A DNA stretch of 64,000 nucleotides from Octopus vulgaris (Eukaryota), in NCBI GenBank assembly GCA_951406725.2, contig OX597828.1:52886001-52950000 (forward strand), given 5' to 3'. The translations under genes and the position numbers were made by a program. The notes below the pieces were generated by a model. That model made no database searches and had not been told where the DNA came from. It saw only the letters and a program-made list of their open reading frames with translations. The number at the start of each line of letters is the position of its first letter. Position 1 is the first letter of the stretch. Shown here piece after piece: positions 1 through 13,261 of this stretch.

Positions 1-81
1 ACAAAGAAAACAAGAACGGGTCATTCGAAGCCCTCTATCCTCAGTCAAGCACCAGATTATCCTCGCAAATTCGGCTGATTA

Positions 82-147
<66 letters not shown>

Positions 148-703
148 TATTATTATTATTATTATTATTATTAATATATATATATATATATATACAAAAG
201 AGAAGCAAGCATATTTACATCAAACACTCATCTATGCATATATACGTATGTATGTATGTATGCATATATGTATGTTTGTACTTATACACACTCACACACA
301 CACTCACACACACACACGTCCTCACTTGTAATTTGATGGATAGGTTAATAGGCTGCAAGATTGTCACATTGATAACTTATTATATATTTGATTTTTTTTT
401 TTTATACCTAACTCTCTTATTATTTATATATACGTATCGAATGTTGTTCAATATCAGCTACATAATAATATCCCATAATCCCTTACTATTACACACTCAT
501 ATCCGTTTATTTGTCAACTGATCAGTCGTTATGTTTGATGGATTGGCTTTTTTCTCAATAGATATTCGATACACTCTCTAATCTCTCTATCTGGCTTTCA
601 AGTCTACTTAGTTTCAATGTTTGCCGCCACTTATCGACTCTTCCACTTACACAACACACAAACACAAAAAACAAATCTGTTTACATGCATGCATACACAT
701 ACA

Positions 704-831
<128 letters not shown>

Positions 832-856
832 TGTATATATATATACATATATATAT

Positions 857-930
<74 letters not shown>

Positions 931-982
931 ATATATACATATATGTGCGTACATGCGTACAAGTATAGGTGTGAGTGCGAAT

Positions 983-1030
<48 letters not shown>

Positions 1031-1365
1031 TTATGTATTCCTTTTATTCTTGTATTCCTTTATGTTTCATTCATGAGACAGCGGCCACGCTGGAGCACCG
1101 CCTTGAAGAATTCCAATCGAATGAATCCGCCCTGGTACTTTTTTTATTTAATTATTTTTTAAAAGTTTAGTACTTATTCTATCGGTTGCCTTTGCCGAGC
1201 ATCTAAGTTAAGGGTGGGGATAAACAAACCAGCACCGGTTGTCGAGCGGTGGTAGGAAAACAGGCACAGACTCACCGATACACAGACACACAAATACATA
1301 CGAGCATACGCGCATGCACACACACACACACACATACACTTACACACGTACATGCAATATCTAGA

Positions 1366-2062
1366 GCGTACCAAAACCCAGAAGACCATTTTTGGAGCAG
1401 TTGAGGAGGGGTTTCCGCTGCATAGATTGTCTCAAGACTCATGATGGCTTAGGAAACGTCAAAGGATACTAATTGGGTGTACCTGACACTGTGTCAGATT
1501 TTCCCGTGATCTGATCAGCCTGGTGCAGGTTTGACCAGGTATCGAAAGACTTGGCAGCCTCCGAGCTGAAACTTTCGTCATGCCAAATTCATTGCACAGT
1601 ATATTCACAACTCTCTCACAGGATATGCTAACAGCCCTGGCTATTTGAATTGTAGCCAATTGCTCGTCATACATCACCGTGTGGTGAACCCGATCAACGT
1701 TTTCCTCGGTGGTGGCAGCTGCAGGACGTCTAGCCATCGGGTCATCTTCAAGACTCTGCCTTTCCCTCCTAAATTCAGCTGCACACATTTGCACTATCGA
1801 TAAACTACAGCGGCATCCATTAATATAAACAACCATGTCAGCATGAATGTTCTTGGCGGGGTGCTAAACCCATTTTTCTTCGAGTACTTGGTAACACTAC
1901 AATGCCAAATTTTGTCCACTTTCAAGGGAACTCGCTAAAAGTTTCGTTGGAAGTCCTCTTTAGACAATCAAATGACAGTCACCGTGGAAAAAATAATAAG
2001 AGTTGAAATTAATGCTTGCAAGACTTCATACATCTAGCATCACTCCTTCTTCAGCCCACTCT
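1366..2062 (-). mobile_element. Degenerate mariner transposon, 5' part (HTH region to start of catalytic domain)
   Basis: ORF 1459-1836(-) reads SLEDDPMARRPAAATTEENVDRVH...IARAVSISCERVVNILCNEFGMTKVSARRLP, matching the mariner GRP/HTH/KVSARWVP signature. A TIR-like end lies at about 2045-2062. The frame is broken by stops and frameshifts. Confidence 0.85.
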
Positions 2063-2539
2063 CATTTTAATAGACTCTGCTAAAGGAATTCACAAGCACG
2101 CATGCATTATCCAAAGGTACATCTTTTTTCCTCTGATGCTATTATGCTCATGTATAAATATAAATTCAATGTTTATTGAGTATAAATAGAAACGGCTGTA
2201 AGTGAAGATGACCAATTTGCTGTTAATGATAAACAATTAGAAACTTCCTAGTCTCCATTTTCTTTTATTAATCACGACAAGTGTTTCACCATATCTAGCA
2301 TCAATTCCTCGCGGGTGGGGTACTTAACAACTGGTTCAGGAGCGTCTGACGGCGCAGATGTCTCTCTTCGGGTGGCAAATAGATATAACAGTTCTACAGT
2401 GTACCTTTTCCTTTCGTGTAACGAAAAGCAACAAAACATAGGATATATCTTCATTTATATATAGAAGATTGAAAATAAGATAACAGATACAAAAAGGAAA
2501 CGAACACGCAATATAACGAGGAAAGTATATAATATATAC

Positions 2540-2786
2540 CCTCTTACTCTTTTACTCTCTTATTTATTTCAGTCATTTGACTGCAGCCATGCTGGAGCAC
2601 TGCATTTAGTCGAACAAATCTACCCCATGACGTATTCTTTGTAAGTGTAGTACTTATTCCATCGGTCTCTTTTTCCGAACCGCTAAGTTACGGGGACGTA
2701 AACACACCAACAACGGTCGTCAAGCGATGGTGGTGGGACAAACACAGACACGCAAACATACACACGCACACATACACACACACACA

Positions 2787-2834
<48 letters not shown>

Positions 2835-2925
2835 GACAGACTTCTTTTAGTTTCCGTCTACCAAATCCACTGACAAGGCTTTGGTTGGCCCGAGGTTATG
2901 AAACATGTGGTTGGTAAGCAAGCTA
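2540..2925 (-). mobile_element. tRNA-derived SINE family A
   Basis: Reverse complement of the family A body (ACTTAGCGGTTCGG...GACTGAAA...TAAAAGAG tail) with an internal (TA)n/(CA)n tract. Confidence 0.9.
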
Positions 2926-3256
2926 CTAACAAATCTTTTTTACTCCCACTTAATTAGGACTGAGAGATACCAGCTTACTCAAAGTAATCGCACTCAACTT
3001 CCACCACTGCCTTAAATGGTTCCTGAACCTGCTGCATGCGTTCCTCAGTATGGCCCTGGGAAGATCGTTGAACACCTGCTTGATTTTTAACCACCAGCTC
3101 GACCTTGCTGTTACAGGTAGGGTGGGCGGTTTCTTTCTCAACCGCACCTCACACATAGCAATCCATGGGATTACAACGAGGAAATTAGAAAGCCAAAAAT
3201 TAAGGTTAGGGAAGGTGGAGAAGTTTTCCGACAACCACATCGGATATTTTTCTGGG

Positions 3257-3611
3257 AGTAGGAGTGGCTGTGTGGATAGTAGCTTGCTTACCAACCACAT
3301 GGTTCTTGGTTCAGATCCACTGCGTGGCACCTTGGGTAAATGTCTTCTACTATAGCCTCGGGCCGAACAAAGCCTTGTAAGTGGATTTGGTAGATGGAAA
3401 CTGAAAGAAGCCCGTCGTATATATGTATATATATGTATATCTATATATATGTGTGTGTGTATATGTTTGTGTGTCTGTGTTTGTCCCCCCCCCCCAACAT
3501 CACTTGACAACCGATGCTGGTGTGTTTAAGTTCCCGTAACTTAGCGGTTCGGCAAAAGAGACCGATAGAATAAGTATTAGGCTTACAAAGAATAAGTTCT
3601 GGGGTCGATTT
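3257..3611 (+). mobile_element. SINE family A, 3'-truncated, nested in the maT-like element
   Basis: Head AGGAGTGGCTGTGTGG (A-box-like), GGTTCAG (B-box-like), CCTTGGGTAAATG core-like block, then family body. Confidence 0.9.
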
Positions 3612-3704
3612 GAAGAAGAAGAAGAAGAAGAAGAAGAAGAAGAAGAAGAAGAAGAAGAAGAAGAAGAAGAAGAAGAAGAAGAAGAAGAAGAAGAAGAAGA
3701 AGAA
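3612..3704 (+). repeat. (GAA)31 microsatellite
   Basis: Perfect GAA run. Confidence 0.97.
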
Positions 3705-4520
3705 CACCGTCATATAAACGTCTCAGTTGAGCCTAAGGTCCTTTTCAATGATGTGGAGGGATATACATCACCCTCACTGGGACGTGGGGCAGCACATAGG
3801 TTCGAGGGAAGGTACTTATTGTTGTGAGTGTTGTGTATTTGGTACTGAGTGAAGTTCTTTTCATCTGAAAAGAATCAGATCCTCCCCGGTTTGATAGGCT
3901 ATTTCAGCTTGTTCGTAAGCTTCTTTGCCTTGGTCAAGCGGTCTTGGCTGTCAAAATTTGTTCCTTGCACATCTTGTACAAGTGGTAGCAAATGTCCCCA
4001 TTCGGGGCCAGCTTCATGATGTTCATTCCAACAGCCATCTCTCTCGCCAGAGCATTGATTCCCTTCCACGGATATTCCAATACTTTCCCCTGAAGTTGTT
4101 GCATGAACTCCGACATGTGGATATAGCCAGAACACTTGCTGTGTCCCTCCTGATGGCTACAGCTTTGTAGTTTTCGCTCATTTGCAGGATTCACACAGTA
4201 CTGAGAAGCCGCTATGATGTCAGCATTTTGGTACATGACGAATCATTTTGATAAAGGTAACTTTTCCGATATTCAGATGGCTTCTAGTCCTCCATGTCAG
4301 TAAGCTTGTTTCTGAACTACAACATTTATTTTTATACTTTTCAACACCATTGATCGTTCACCTATACTGTTCTTGACAAAAAAAAAGAAGTCATAAAAAT
4401 TCGTCATATTTTGACCGAACATGTATACAGCTGTTTCGGAGTAGATTTGACGATTACGACATCGGAGACCATGAACATTAGAGTTACATTTGCTAACATG
4501 GAGGGCAGTAGGCCGTCTGA

Positions 4521-4552
<32 letters not shown>

Positions 4553-4828
4553 ACATGTATGTATATGTGTGTATGTATGTATATATATATATATATATAT
4601 ATACCTACATACATATATATGTATATGTACATATATGTATATATATGTATATATATATATGTGTATATATGTATATGTATGCGTATATATATACGCATAT
4701 ATATGTGTATATATATATGCGTATATATATGTATATATATATATATGTGTGTGTGTATATATATATAAATATATATCTTATATTATACTTATATAGATAT
4801 ATATATATACATATACATACAAATACAC

Positions 4829-4950
<122 letters not shown>

Positions 4951-5208
4951 TTACATAAATAGATACATATATAGATACATATATATATACACACGCACAC
5001 ACACAGAATTGTGTTTAAATCACTACATTGTCAATAGTTTTTTATTCTATTTCTTTTTGTTATGCCTTGTTATTGTCTTGTAGCCTTTGTTATTCGTTCG
5101 TGTTGTTCTCTCCCCCCCCCCCCCCCACATTACAGACAGAAACTTCGCGTCCACATTCAATTTACACAGAGAAACACACAATGCAACCAGCTTCGATTAT
5201 CATCTTCC

Positions 5209-5244
<36 letters not shown>

Positions 5245-5698
5245 ACTAACAATAACAACAACATCATAATCCTTATTACTTTTATTATTGCCGTTTGCTA
5301 CCTGTATGCATGCGTTTTGACACACCTGAATGACTTCCGCATCTCCTCTCGGGTTCCCCCTTTCCCGCCTCGTTCCAGCGCCACCCATCCATCCTTTCGT
5401 GTGTTTATCTTGCAGTTAACAAGTCACTAAGCTAGCTCGTTTCATCACCACTCCGCTGCCGATCCGCCCCTTTGCACGCCTGTTCGCTCGCATCACATCA
5501 CAGCCCACCACACTTGGCTACACACATCACCACACCATTCTACGTCATGTCACACCATCTTCTACCCCACCATCACCACCACCACCGGCTCGGCCACCTG
5601 CATTTCGTGTAATTCTTTCTTTTGTTTTGAAAGAGGTGAGACACTTTGACGAGACAGAGGGAAAAAAAGAGAGATAGAGAGAATGAATGATGCTGGAA

Positions 5699-5750
<52 letters not shown>

Positions 5751-5939
5751 GGAATGAGAGAGAGAGAGAAGTCGGATGATGCCCCTTCGTGACAAACTTC
5801 CTTTATACAACATATATAAATACACATCGGATGTTGACTTCAACAATATGTAAGGGAGATTTTTCACCCTCATCACCAGACATATCGACCTACATATAAG
5901 GAATTTGGAAATAATATCATTAGACGCTAAATAAAGTGG

Positions 5940-6890
5940 GGCGAGCTGGCAGCCTCGTTAGAATGCCGGGTGGGGGGGTGGAATACTGAACCGTATTTCG
6001 CCCGTCTCCTCGTTCTGAGATCAAACACCACCGAGGTCGACTTTGCCTGTCATCCTCTCGGATTCAATAAAATAAGTACCTGATGCTCACTGCGGTCGAT
6101 GTAATCGACTAAGATCCCACACCATAAAACTGCTGGCCTTGTGCCAAAATTTGAAACCAATATTATTAGATGCTATGATGAAGTGGGAGTGAGCTGGCAC
6201 AATCGTTAGTATGCTGGGGAGAAGGAAAATCCTGAACCGTATTTCGTCCGTCTTCCCGTTCTGAGTTCAAATTCAACCGAGATCGACTCTGCCATTCATC
6301 CTTTTGGGATCGATGAAATAAGTAGCAGTTGCGCAATGGGGTCGATGTCATCGGCTTACCCTATCCCCCGAACTTGTTGACCTCGTACCAAAATTTGAGA
6401 CCAATATTAGACGGTAAAATGTCTGGCCATATTTCGTTTTTATCTCTTTACATTCTGAGTTGAAATCGCACCCAAATCGAATTTGCGTTTACCCTTCTGT
6501 GATCCTTATACGATTGGTTTCAAATTTTCGTAGAAGGCCAGCAACTAAGGGGAAGTGCTCAAATGGTACTTATTCTATTGTTCCTGAAAAGCTGAAAGTC
6601 AAAGTCGACTTCGGTGGAATTTGAACTCAGAACGTAACGGCAGACGAAATACCTATTTCTTTACTACCCTCAAGGGGCTAAACACAGAGAGGAAAAACAA
6701 GGACAGACAAATGGATTAAGTCGATTACATCGATCCCAGTGCGTAACTGGTGCTTATTTAATCGACCCCGAAAGGATGAAAGGCAAAGTCGACCTCGGTG
6801 GAATTTGAACTCAGAACGTAACGGCTGACGAAAAACTGCGAAGCATTTCGCCCGGCTCACTAACGATTCTGTGAGCTCGGAGCCTTCTCT
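5940..6890. mobile_element. Cluster of SINE family B copies (two + strand copies, then a - strand dimer at about 6560-6890)
   Basis: Head GCGAGCTGGCAG..CGTTAG, GAGTTCAAAT B-box-like motif, and the central block GGTCGACTTTGCCTTTCATCCTTTCGGGGTCGAT. Confidence 0.85.
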
Positions 6891-7818
6891 ATAGTATTGA
6901 CACGTCCTATGTCAGGATCAATACAGTTGATTTGGTTATCCACCTCACTCCATCGCCCTACTGGAAATCTGTGTGGACGCATTAGCTTAGAAACCACTAT
7001 AAGTATTGCGTTTTAAAGAAGAGGCAAATAACACAGGGACTGAATTTCTGCGATACAGTTTCGATTCTAGGCTGAAGCAAGTTAAGTGTATTTAGTCCGC
7101 TGATATCATTTGCTAAGGCATGAAAGTTACCACGCCCTATGTATTTTCTTTTATATTATACATCTCTACATATTTCGCTTTGTGTAAAATATCGATATCA
7201 CTGCAGGCATATAATCAAAGGCGTTCCAGCCGTGACCGTCTCTTAATATGTAGAACTAGGTCGCTCAATGTTTCCTTCTCATTCGAATACAGAAGCCTGT
7301 CGTTTAGGGAATATTTTGTTGTTATTTCTTGAAGTTCAAGCGTCTATGGTAGCAGCTGCCATACGAGAATGTTGGCGAACGCCATAAGGCAAGAGTTAAG
7401 ATCACGTAAAGCTAAATTTGGGACGCAGGTTCAATCCTCGAGAAGAGCTATTCACTATTGTGAATTCATGACGGATGTTTCACTAACATCCGTCATGAAT
7501 TCACTTCGGAAAAAGCTTAATCGTCACAAAACGACCCTTCTCGGAACATATAGGCCATTTTGTCCCGTGAGTAAACCAAGAAAAGCGTTTACTACTTGGT
7601 CTCGCCTGCTGGGTCATATACCATAATGTAGTGTACTGTATGGCATTATCTATGTATTCCATGTTGAGTATGCTATAGCGGTGGGGTGAGATCAGCTTCA
7701 CCTGCGCTGCTGGAGTGTATTGTACTGTGGTTTATCATGAACTGATGATGTCAAGGGCCAGCATCACATACACGGTGTATGTGTGTGTGTATGCGTATAC
7801 GTGTGTGTGTACGTGTGT

Positions 7819-7855
<37 letters not shown>

Positions 7856-8984
7856 AGTGTGTGTGCTCAGTGATATATGATTTACTCTTCTGTTGCATGA
7901 CAGTCTTGTCTTTGCTGTGGTTGTTTAACCCCAGGTCAGTTACGATCGAGCATGATTATGATCAACAAACAACAGTTGTGAACATATCATCCCAGTCCTT
8001 TTAGCACTATACTGTCCATTTTTTGTTTTTTTTTTTTTTGTTTTAGACGTTAGGGGTTTAATTGAGAAAGATTTGCCTGCTATTCCCATCAGTTCCAGCG
8101 ACCTAGCAGAATTTTTTCACAGAGAGGTGGTGTTTTACCCTAAGTCAGCCTTGAAAGTACTGACCAATGATCAATGACATTGTAGCCATGGCCATCCAAT
8201 GTTGCTTTCATCGATAGTGTATCAAAGAGAATTTAGCGATGACCAGAAAAATTGAAGAGAACAGCAGTAAGGGAAAGAGAAGGATGATATGGCTGTCAAG
8301 CTTGACGAACTGGTTGGAAAAAGGGGGCATTTAAAATCAGGCAGTAGAACTGCCACGCAAAAAAGAACAGAGAATTGTGACAGGACATGATCGCCTATCC
8401 TACATTCTGGGCATAGTTCCCAAAGGGAGAGAAGGAGAGGGGAGAGAAAGAGAGAGGAAAGTGAGTGAGGGAGAGAGAGAGAGAGAGTGTGTGTGTATCA
8501 AGGAACACATAAAATGTGTCTTTACCAAAAGACCAAATTGTGGTTTGAAAGAAATTTGGTTGCTTTTTTTTTTTTTTCATGCCAACCGACTACAGAGAAA
8601 CTCATGCGTTGGCTCGAAGCTAAAAGATGCTTATTACCACATGATATACCCGAAAACTATGGAGTACTACTATGCGTTTTTGCTTGTTTGTTTTTTTTTT
8701 TTTCTTCTACAGCGTACCATGGAGAGGTGAGATGCTGTGTAGTGTGAAGGGGTAGTGTAGCGTTTTGGTGTGGTCCAATAGGGTGTAGCATAGAGTAATA
8801 TGATATAGCACGGTGCTGGTACAATGTAGTATGATGTAGTGAGGTACGGTATAGAGGGGTACGGTGGGGCGTGTTGGTTAAGATAGCTGTCGTACACATC
8901 TTTATTTCAACAACCACACCTTAAAAGCCTTTTGTTTTCAGTGATGTTTTCTATGGTATTTTGTCGCAGTAATAGTTGCCGTTA

Positions 8985-9002
8985 TAGCAGCAGCAGCAGT
9001 AT

Positions 9003-9050
<48 letters not shown>

Positions 9051-9088
9051 CAGTGGCAGTGGTAGTGGTGGTGGTGGTGGTGGTGGCG

Positions 9089-9128
<40 letters not shown>

Positions 9129-9168
9129 CAGTAGTAGTATTAGTAGTAGTAGTAGTAGTAGTAGTAGC

Positions 9169-9212
<44 letters not shown>

Positions 9213-9213
9213 C

Positions 9214-9276
<63 letters not shown>

Positions 9277-9290
9277 GGTGGTGGTAGTTA
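8985..9290 (+). repeat. (AGT)n/(GGT)n compound microsatellite
   Basis: Long imperfect AGT run; source of the poly-Ser and poly-Val pseudo-ORFs. Confidence 0.95.
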
Positions 9291-10016
9291 TTGTTCTTGA
9301 TGTTCATGCTGTACTTTTATTTTTCTTGTATTTTTTTTTATATATATTTATTATTGCTTTTGTTAACGGTTGTCCAGGTCATTGCTGTTGTTGCTGTTGT
9401 TGTTGTTGGTGTTGTTGCTGCTGCTGCTGCTGTTGTTTACATTGTTTTTCTCATACACCTACGCAGGCCACAAAAACAACAACAACAACACCAACACGGT
9501 CACCTGCCATTGTTCAAACAGCACAAATCAATAGGTCACATGTGTTGTTGTTGTTGTTGTCTTTATAAAAACCTTCAACAAACCTTTTGTATTCAGTAAA
9601 TGTAAGTCAGAGATTCAAAAGAGATGAGACAGTATTAGAGGTGGTGGCGGCGGCGGCGGCGGTGGTGATGGGTAATGCTGTCGAGAGGTGAAGTGTGTGT
9701 GTGTGTGTGTGTGCGTGTTTGCAGGTATGGACGGAGATATGGCTAGATGGAGAAGAACCTCGCTTCCATGAACATCACGAGGTCACAGTTTTGATTTAAC
9801 TATGTACCAACCAATCTTTTTGCATTCATACTGGCCATACCCGACCCAGATATTCTACATGCTTTATGTTCAAACCAGCCAGATCAGGCCTCTTACACAT
9901 ACCTTGCAATGTCATTCTAAAAGTAAACAGTCACATCATTGAAATCTTCAAGCTACAGAATATAATGCATAATTAATTCAGAATCATGTGAATAAAGAAG
10001 CATTTTTTTTTCATGG

Positions 10017-10345
10017 GAAGGCTCATGGCTCAGTGGTTAGAGCATCGGGCTTACAATCATGTGGTAGTGAGTTCGATTCCCGGATCGGGCTGCGTGTTGT
10101 GTTCTTGAGCAAGACACTTTATTTCACATTGCTCCAGTTCACTCAGCCGTAGAAATGAGTTGCGACGTCACTGGTGCCAAGCTGTATCTGCCTTTCTCTT
10201 GGACTACAGAGGTAGTATGAAGAACGGAGACTACTATGCATGGTCAACTGTTGGTCTGCCACAAACAACCGTGCCCGGATTTGTACCTCTGAGGGGAACT
10301 TTCTAGGGGCAATCCCATGGTCATTCATGACCAAAGAGGGTCTTT
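10017..10345 (+). mobile_element. tRNA-derived SINE family C
   Basis: Clear tRNA-like head TGGCTCAGTGGTTAGAGC...GAGTTCGATTCCC followed by GTTCTTGAGCAAGACAC; the same family recurs at 33140 and 47506. Confidence 0.9.
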
Positions 10346-10495
10346 GCTCTTTTAAATAAGCATTACATTTCACAAAGTTATCTAAATACTAAAGTGTTAG
10401 GCAAGTTTCTTTTACTATACACTCAGCTCAACCCAAAAACAATCTAAGTGAATGAATTGAAGCGAACGGAAACTACAAGGAATCTCGTTGGGATC

Positions 10496-11485
10496 GACTT
10501 ACAGGATAAAGCTGGAGAGATATCAAGTCAGTCAGAAACAGACGGAATTTTCCAATTCTTCAAAATGTATTTATACATATGCATGCACCCACTGAAAATT
10601 TCTGACCTGGAGTTCAATAGAGAGTTACGGATCTCCTAGACAAACACTTTCCAGTCACTCACAGATACAGAAAAATATTTAATAAGCGTTCTGTGAAATT
10701 ATCATATAGCTGCTGCCCCAATATGAAGAGTATCATTACACGTGTTCAATAACAAGAGCCTGAATCCAGTTGACTTGAATCCTGTCCACTTGACCATATA
10801 TAAGGCAGAAGTTACTGCAACCCTACATAATAATATATCAGATAAGAAGACCTATATAGGAATATGTGAAGGTGAATTTAAACATCGCTATGCCAATCAC
10901 ATAGCCTCCTTCCGACATAGACACAAAAGTAAAGCTACTAAGTTGGCTGGCTACGTGTGGACTTTGAAAGATAACAAAACATCGCTTATGATTAAATGGA
11001 AAGTTATTGAGAAATCCATACCTTATGTGAATGGATCGAATAAATGTAGATTTTGCTTCTCTTAAGGACCGCAGATCCTGTTCAGATCTAAGATCCATAA
11101 CTCTCTATTGAACTCCAGGTCAGAAATTTTCATTGATTGCATGAATATAGATATATTTTGGAGAACTGGAAAATTCCACCTATTTCTGACTGACTTGGTA
11201 TCTTTTCAACCTTATCATTTAAGGTCTAAGTAGGAGAGCTCTTTTACTTTTTTACTTTTTATTTTTCACATTTTAGTTTCTGTTTTTCTTATTCCGTTTC
11301 CGTTGTTTCCTGTCTGCGTTTTCTATATGTTGCCTTCTCAATTTTATTTATTTATTATTTATTTTTTTTTGCGTTTCTTCCATTATTCAGTTTGTTATAT
11401 GTGCTTTTCATCTGAAGAATATATTTGAATTTTCTCAACATATGAAACTATTAATAGCGCTTTAATATATGTATTGTGACCTTTA
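10496..11485 (+). mobile_element. Penelope-like retroelement 3' fragment: GIY-YIG endonuclease remnant, pLTR, and inverted 5' pLTR segment
   Basis: Peptides RKIFNKRSVKLSYSCCPNM and IYKAEV...TYIGICEGEFKHRYANHIASF...KCRFC...LLNSRSEI are typical PLE C-terminal/GIY-YIG motifs. 10496-10633 is an inverted copy of 11092-11228. Confidence 0.88.
11412..11459 (+). ncRNA. Degenerate hammerhead-like motif in the Penelope pLTR
   Basis: CTGAAGA, stem II (ATAT..TTGA/TCAA..ATAT), GAAA, palindrome CTATTAATAG. The UH triplet and stem I are decayed. Confidence 0.55.
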
Positions 11486-11492
11486 AATGAAT

Positions 11493-11537
<45 letters not shown>

Positions 11538-11569
11538 ATATATATACTTACATATATATATATATATAG

Positions 11570-12472
11570 TGAGTCAATGGGCAGACAGAAACAAATGCAA
11601 CTGAACGAGGGAAAATTTGAGCTGATGCATTTTGGAAGAAATTCCTCACTAAAACAGCCATACTCTCTTCCTTCAGGGGAACCGCTCACAGCCTCTAACA
11701 ATATCAGAGACTTGGGTGTAATTGTCGATGACGATCTCAGTTGGAGTGCACACATCAACAATAAGGTCGATATAGCTCGTAGGATGAGTTCCTGGGTCTT
11801 AAGAACTTTCCGGTCCAGAGAACAAGGTATTATCATACCACTTTTCTCCTCCCTTGTACGGCCACACCTTGAATACTGCTGCACACTGTGGTCTCCCCAT
11901 ACAAGACAAAACATCTCGAGGATTGAATCACCCCAGAGGGCACTCACTAAACGAATTGAAGGCATGGCTGCTCTCGATTATTGGGATCGCCTTGAAGCCT
12001 TGAAACTCTACTCTCTCCAGCGTCGCCGTGAGCGGTACATCATTTGTACGATGTGGAGAATATACCGCCAACTTTGCCCAAACGACCTGAACATTAGCTT
12101 CAAGGTTCATCCAAGACTGGGACCACGGGCCATACGTCCCTTGCCCAATTCAAGGTCACAGCATACATGTACACTGCAACATTATTTCTTTTCATCAACA
12201 GGCCCTGCCCTATATAACATTGTCCCGAAAGAGATCAAAGAGGAAAAGGATCCCATCAATTTTAAACGGAGTCTGGATAGATTCCTTCAAGAAATACCAG
12301 GTAAGCCACCCATAATTGGATACAACTTACCCAACAAAAACTCACTACTTGAATGGACCATAAACAAAACTTGACTTAAACAGGATTCAGATAATCCTAT
12401 CAGGTGATGCTATTAAGTTAGACATGGCCTGGACCAATCATTGGTCGAAACATATCTAAGTTTATCTAAGTT
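11570..12472 (+). mobile_element. CR1-type LINE, 5'-truncated 3' end (ORF2 C-terminus, open to its stop codon)
   Basis: RDLGVIVDDDLSW...LVRPHLEYC...YWDRLEALKLYSLQRRRER are CR1-clade motifs. The 3' tail has the tandem ATCTAAGTT repeat and the element is flanked by (TA)n. Confidence 0.93.
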
Positions 12473-12795
12473 ATATATATATATATATGAACCAGGAACC
12501 ATGTGGCTGGTTACCATAGAACCACTCATTCAAGAGAGGATCATCCCGTTATTTCCCAATCACAGTCTACCTAGGAATACAGCACAGCATCCACTCAATG
12601 TTTCATTATGTTTTTAGACGTTGCGGAGTTATTTAAAGAGAGATTTGAAGGCAAATCAACCGAATGCTTGGAAGCACCGTCATAGGGTCTGCTGTGTTAA
12701 TATATATTTATATAAATTTCCCTACACACAAACATACACATATACCTATATACACACACACATATATACATATATATAAATGCAAATATACAAAA

Positions 12796-12861
<66 letters not shown>

Positions 12862-12862
<1 letters not shown>

Positions 12863-13261
12863 GGAGTAAACACATAAATGTGAAACAAGGTGGAAAAAAG
12901 AGTACTCAAATACAAGTGGTAGAGTAATATGCTTTATTTAAAGCAGCAGAAAATTCAACAAAATCTGTTACTCTGAGTTTCTCGTTGCCGTTCATCAGAC
13001 AGTTTTTGCTAGAATGGAACCGATATATCAATTCAATCTAGACTCTTACAAACGCTACACCTTTAAAAAAAATGGACTTGTTTGATTGGCCCTTTAGAAA
13101 TAACGGTCAATCTTCGAGCGATAAACAAAAAAAGCTCAGCGTTTGTAAGAGTCTAGATTGAATTGATATATCGTTTCCATTCTAGCAAAAACTGTCTGAT
13201 GAACGGCAACGAGAAACTCAGAGTAACAGATTTTGTTGAATTTTCTGCTGCTTTAAATAAA

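Larger units (their letters stand above)
2945..4520 (-). mobile_element. Degenerate Tc1/mariner (maT/DD37D-like) transposon interrupted by a SINE and (GAA)31
   Basis: Minus-strand peptides: QQLQGKVLEYPWKGINALAREMAV (HTH), RLTKAKKLTNKLK, FFSDEKNFTQ (first catalytic D), and C-terminal KQVFNDLPRAILRNACSRFRNHL. The 5' boundary is approximate. Confidence 0.8.

Noticed and set aside
5290-5490. Locally GC-rich patch with a GC-box and an ETS-like motif
   Set aside because: Short motifs alone cannot support a promoter call and no gene is linked.
8932-9568. Poly-Ser and poly-Val ORFs
   Set aside because: (AGT)n microsatellite.
10017-10090. tRNA-like sequence (also at about 33385-33457 and 47506-47590)
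   Set aside because: It continues directly into a repeated SINE body and lacks a proper acceptor stem, so it is a SINE head rather than a tRNA gene.
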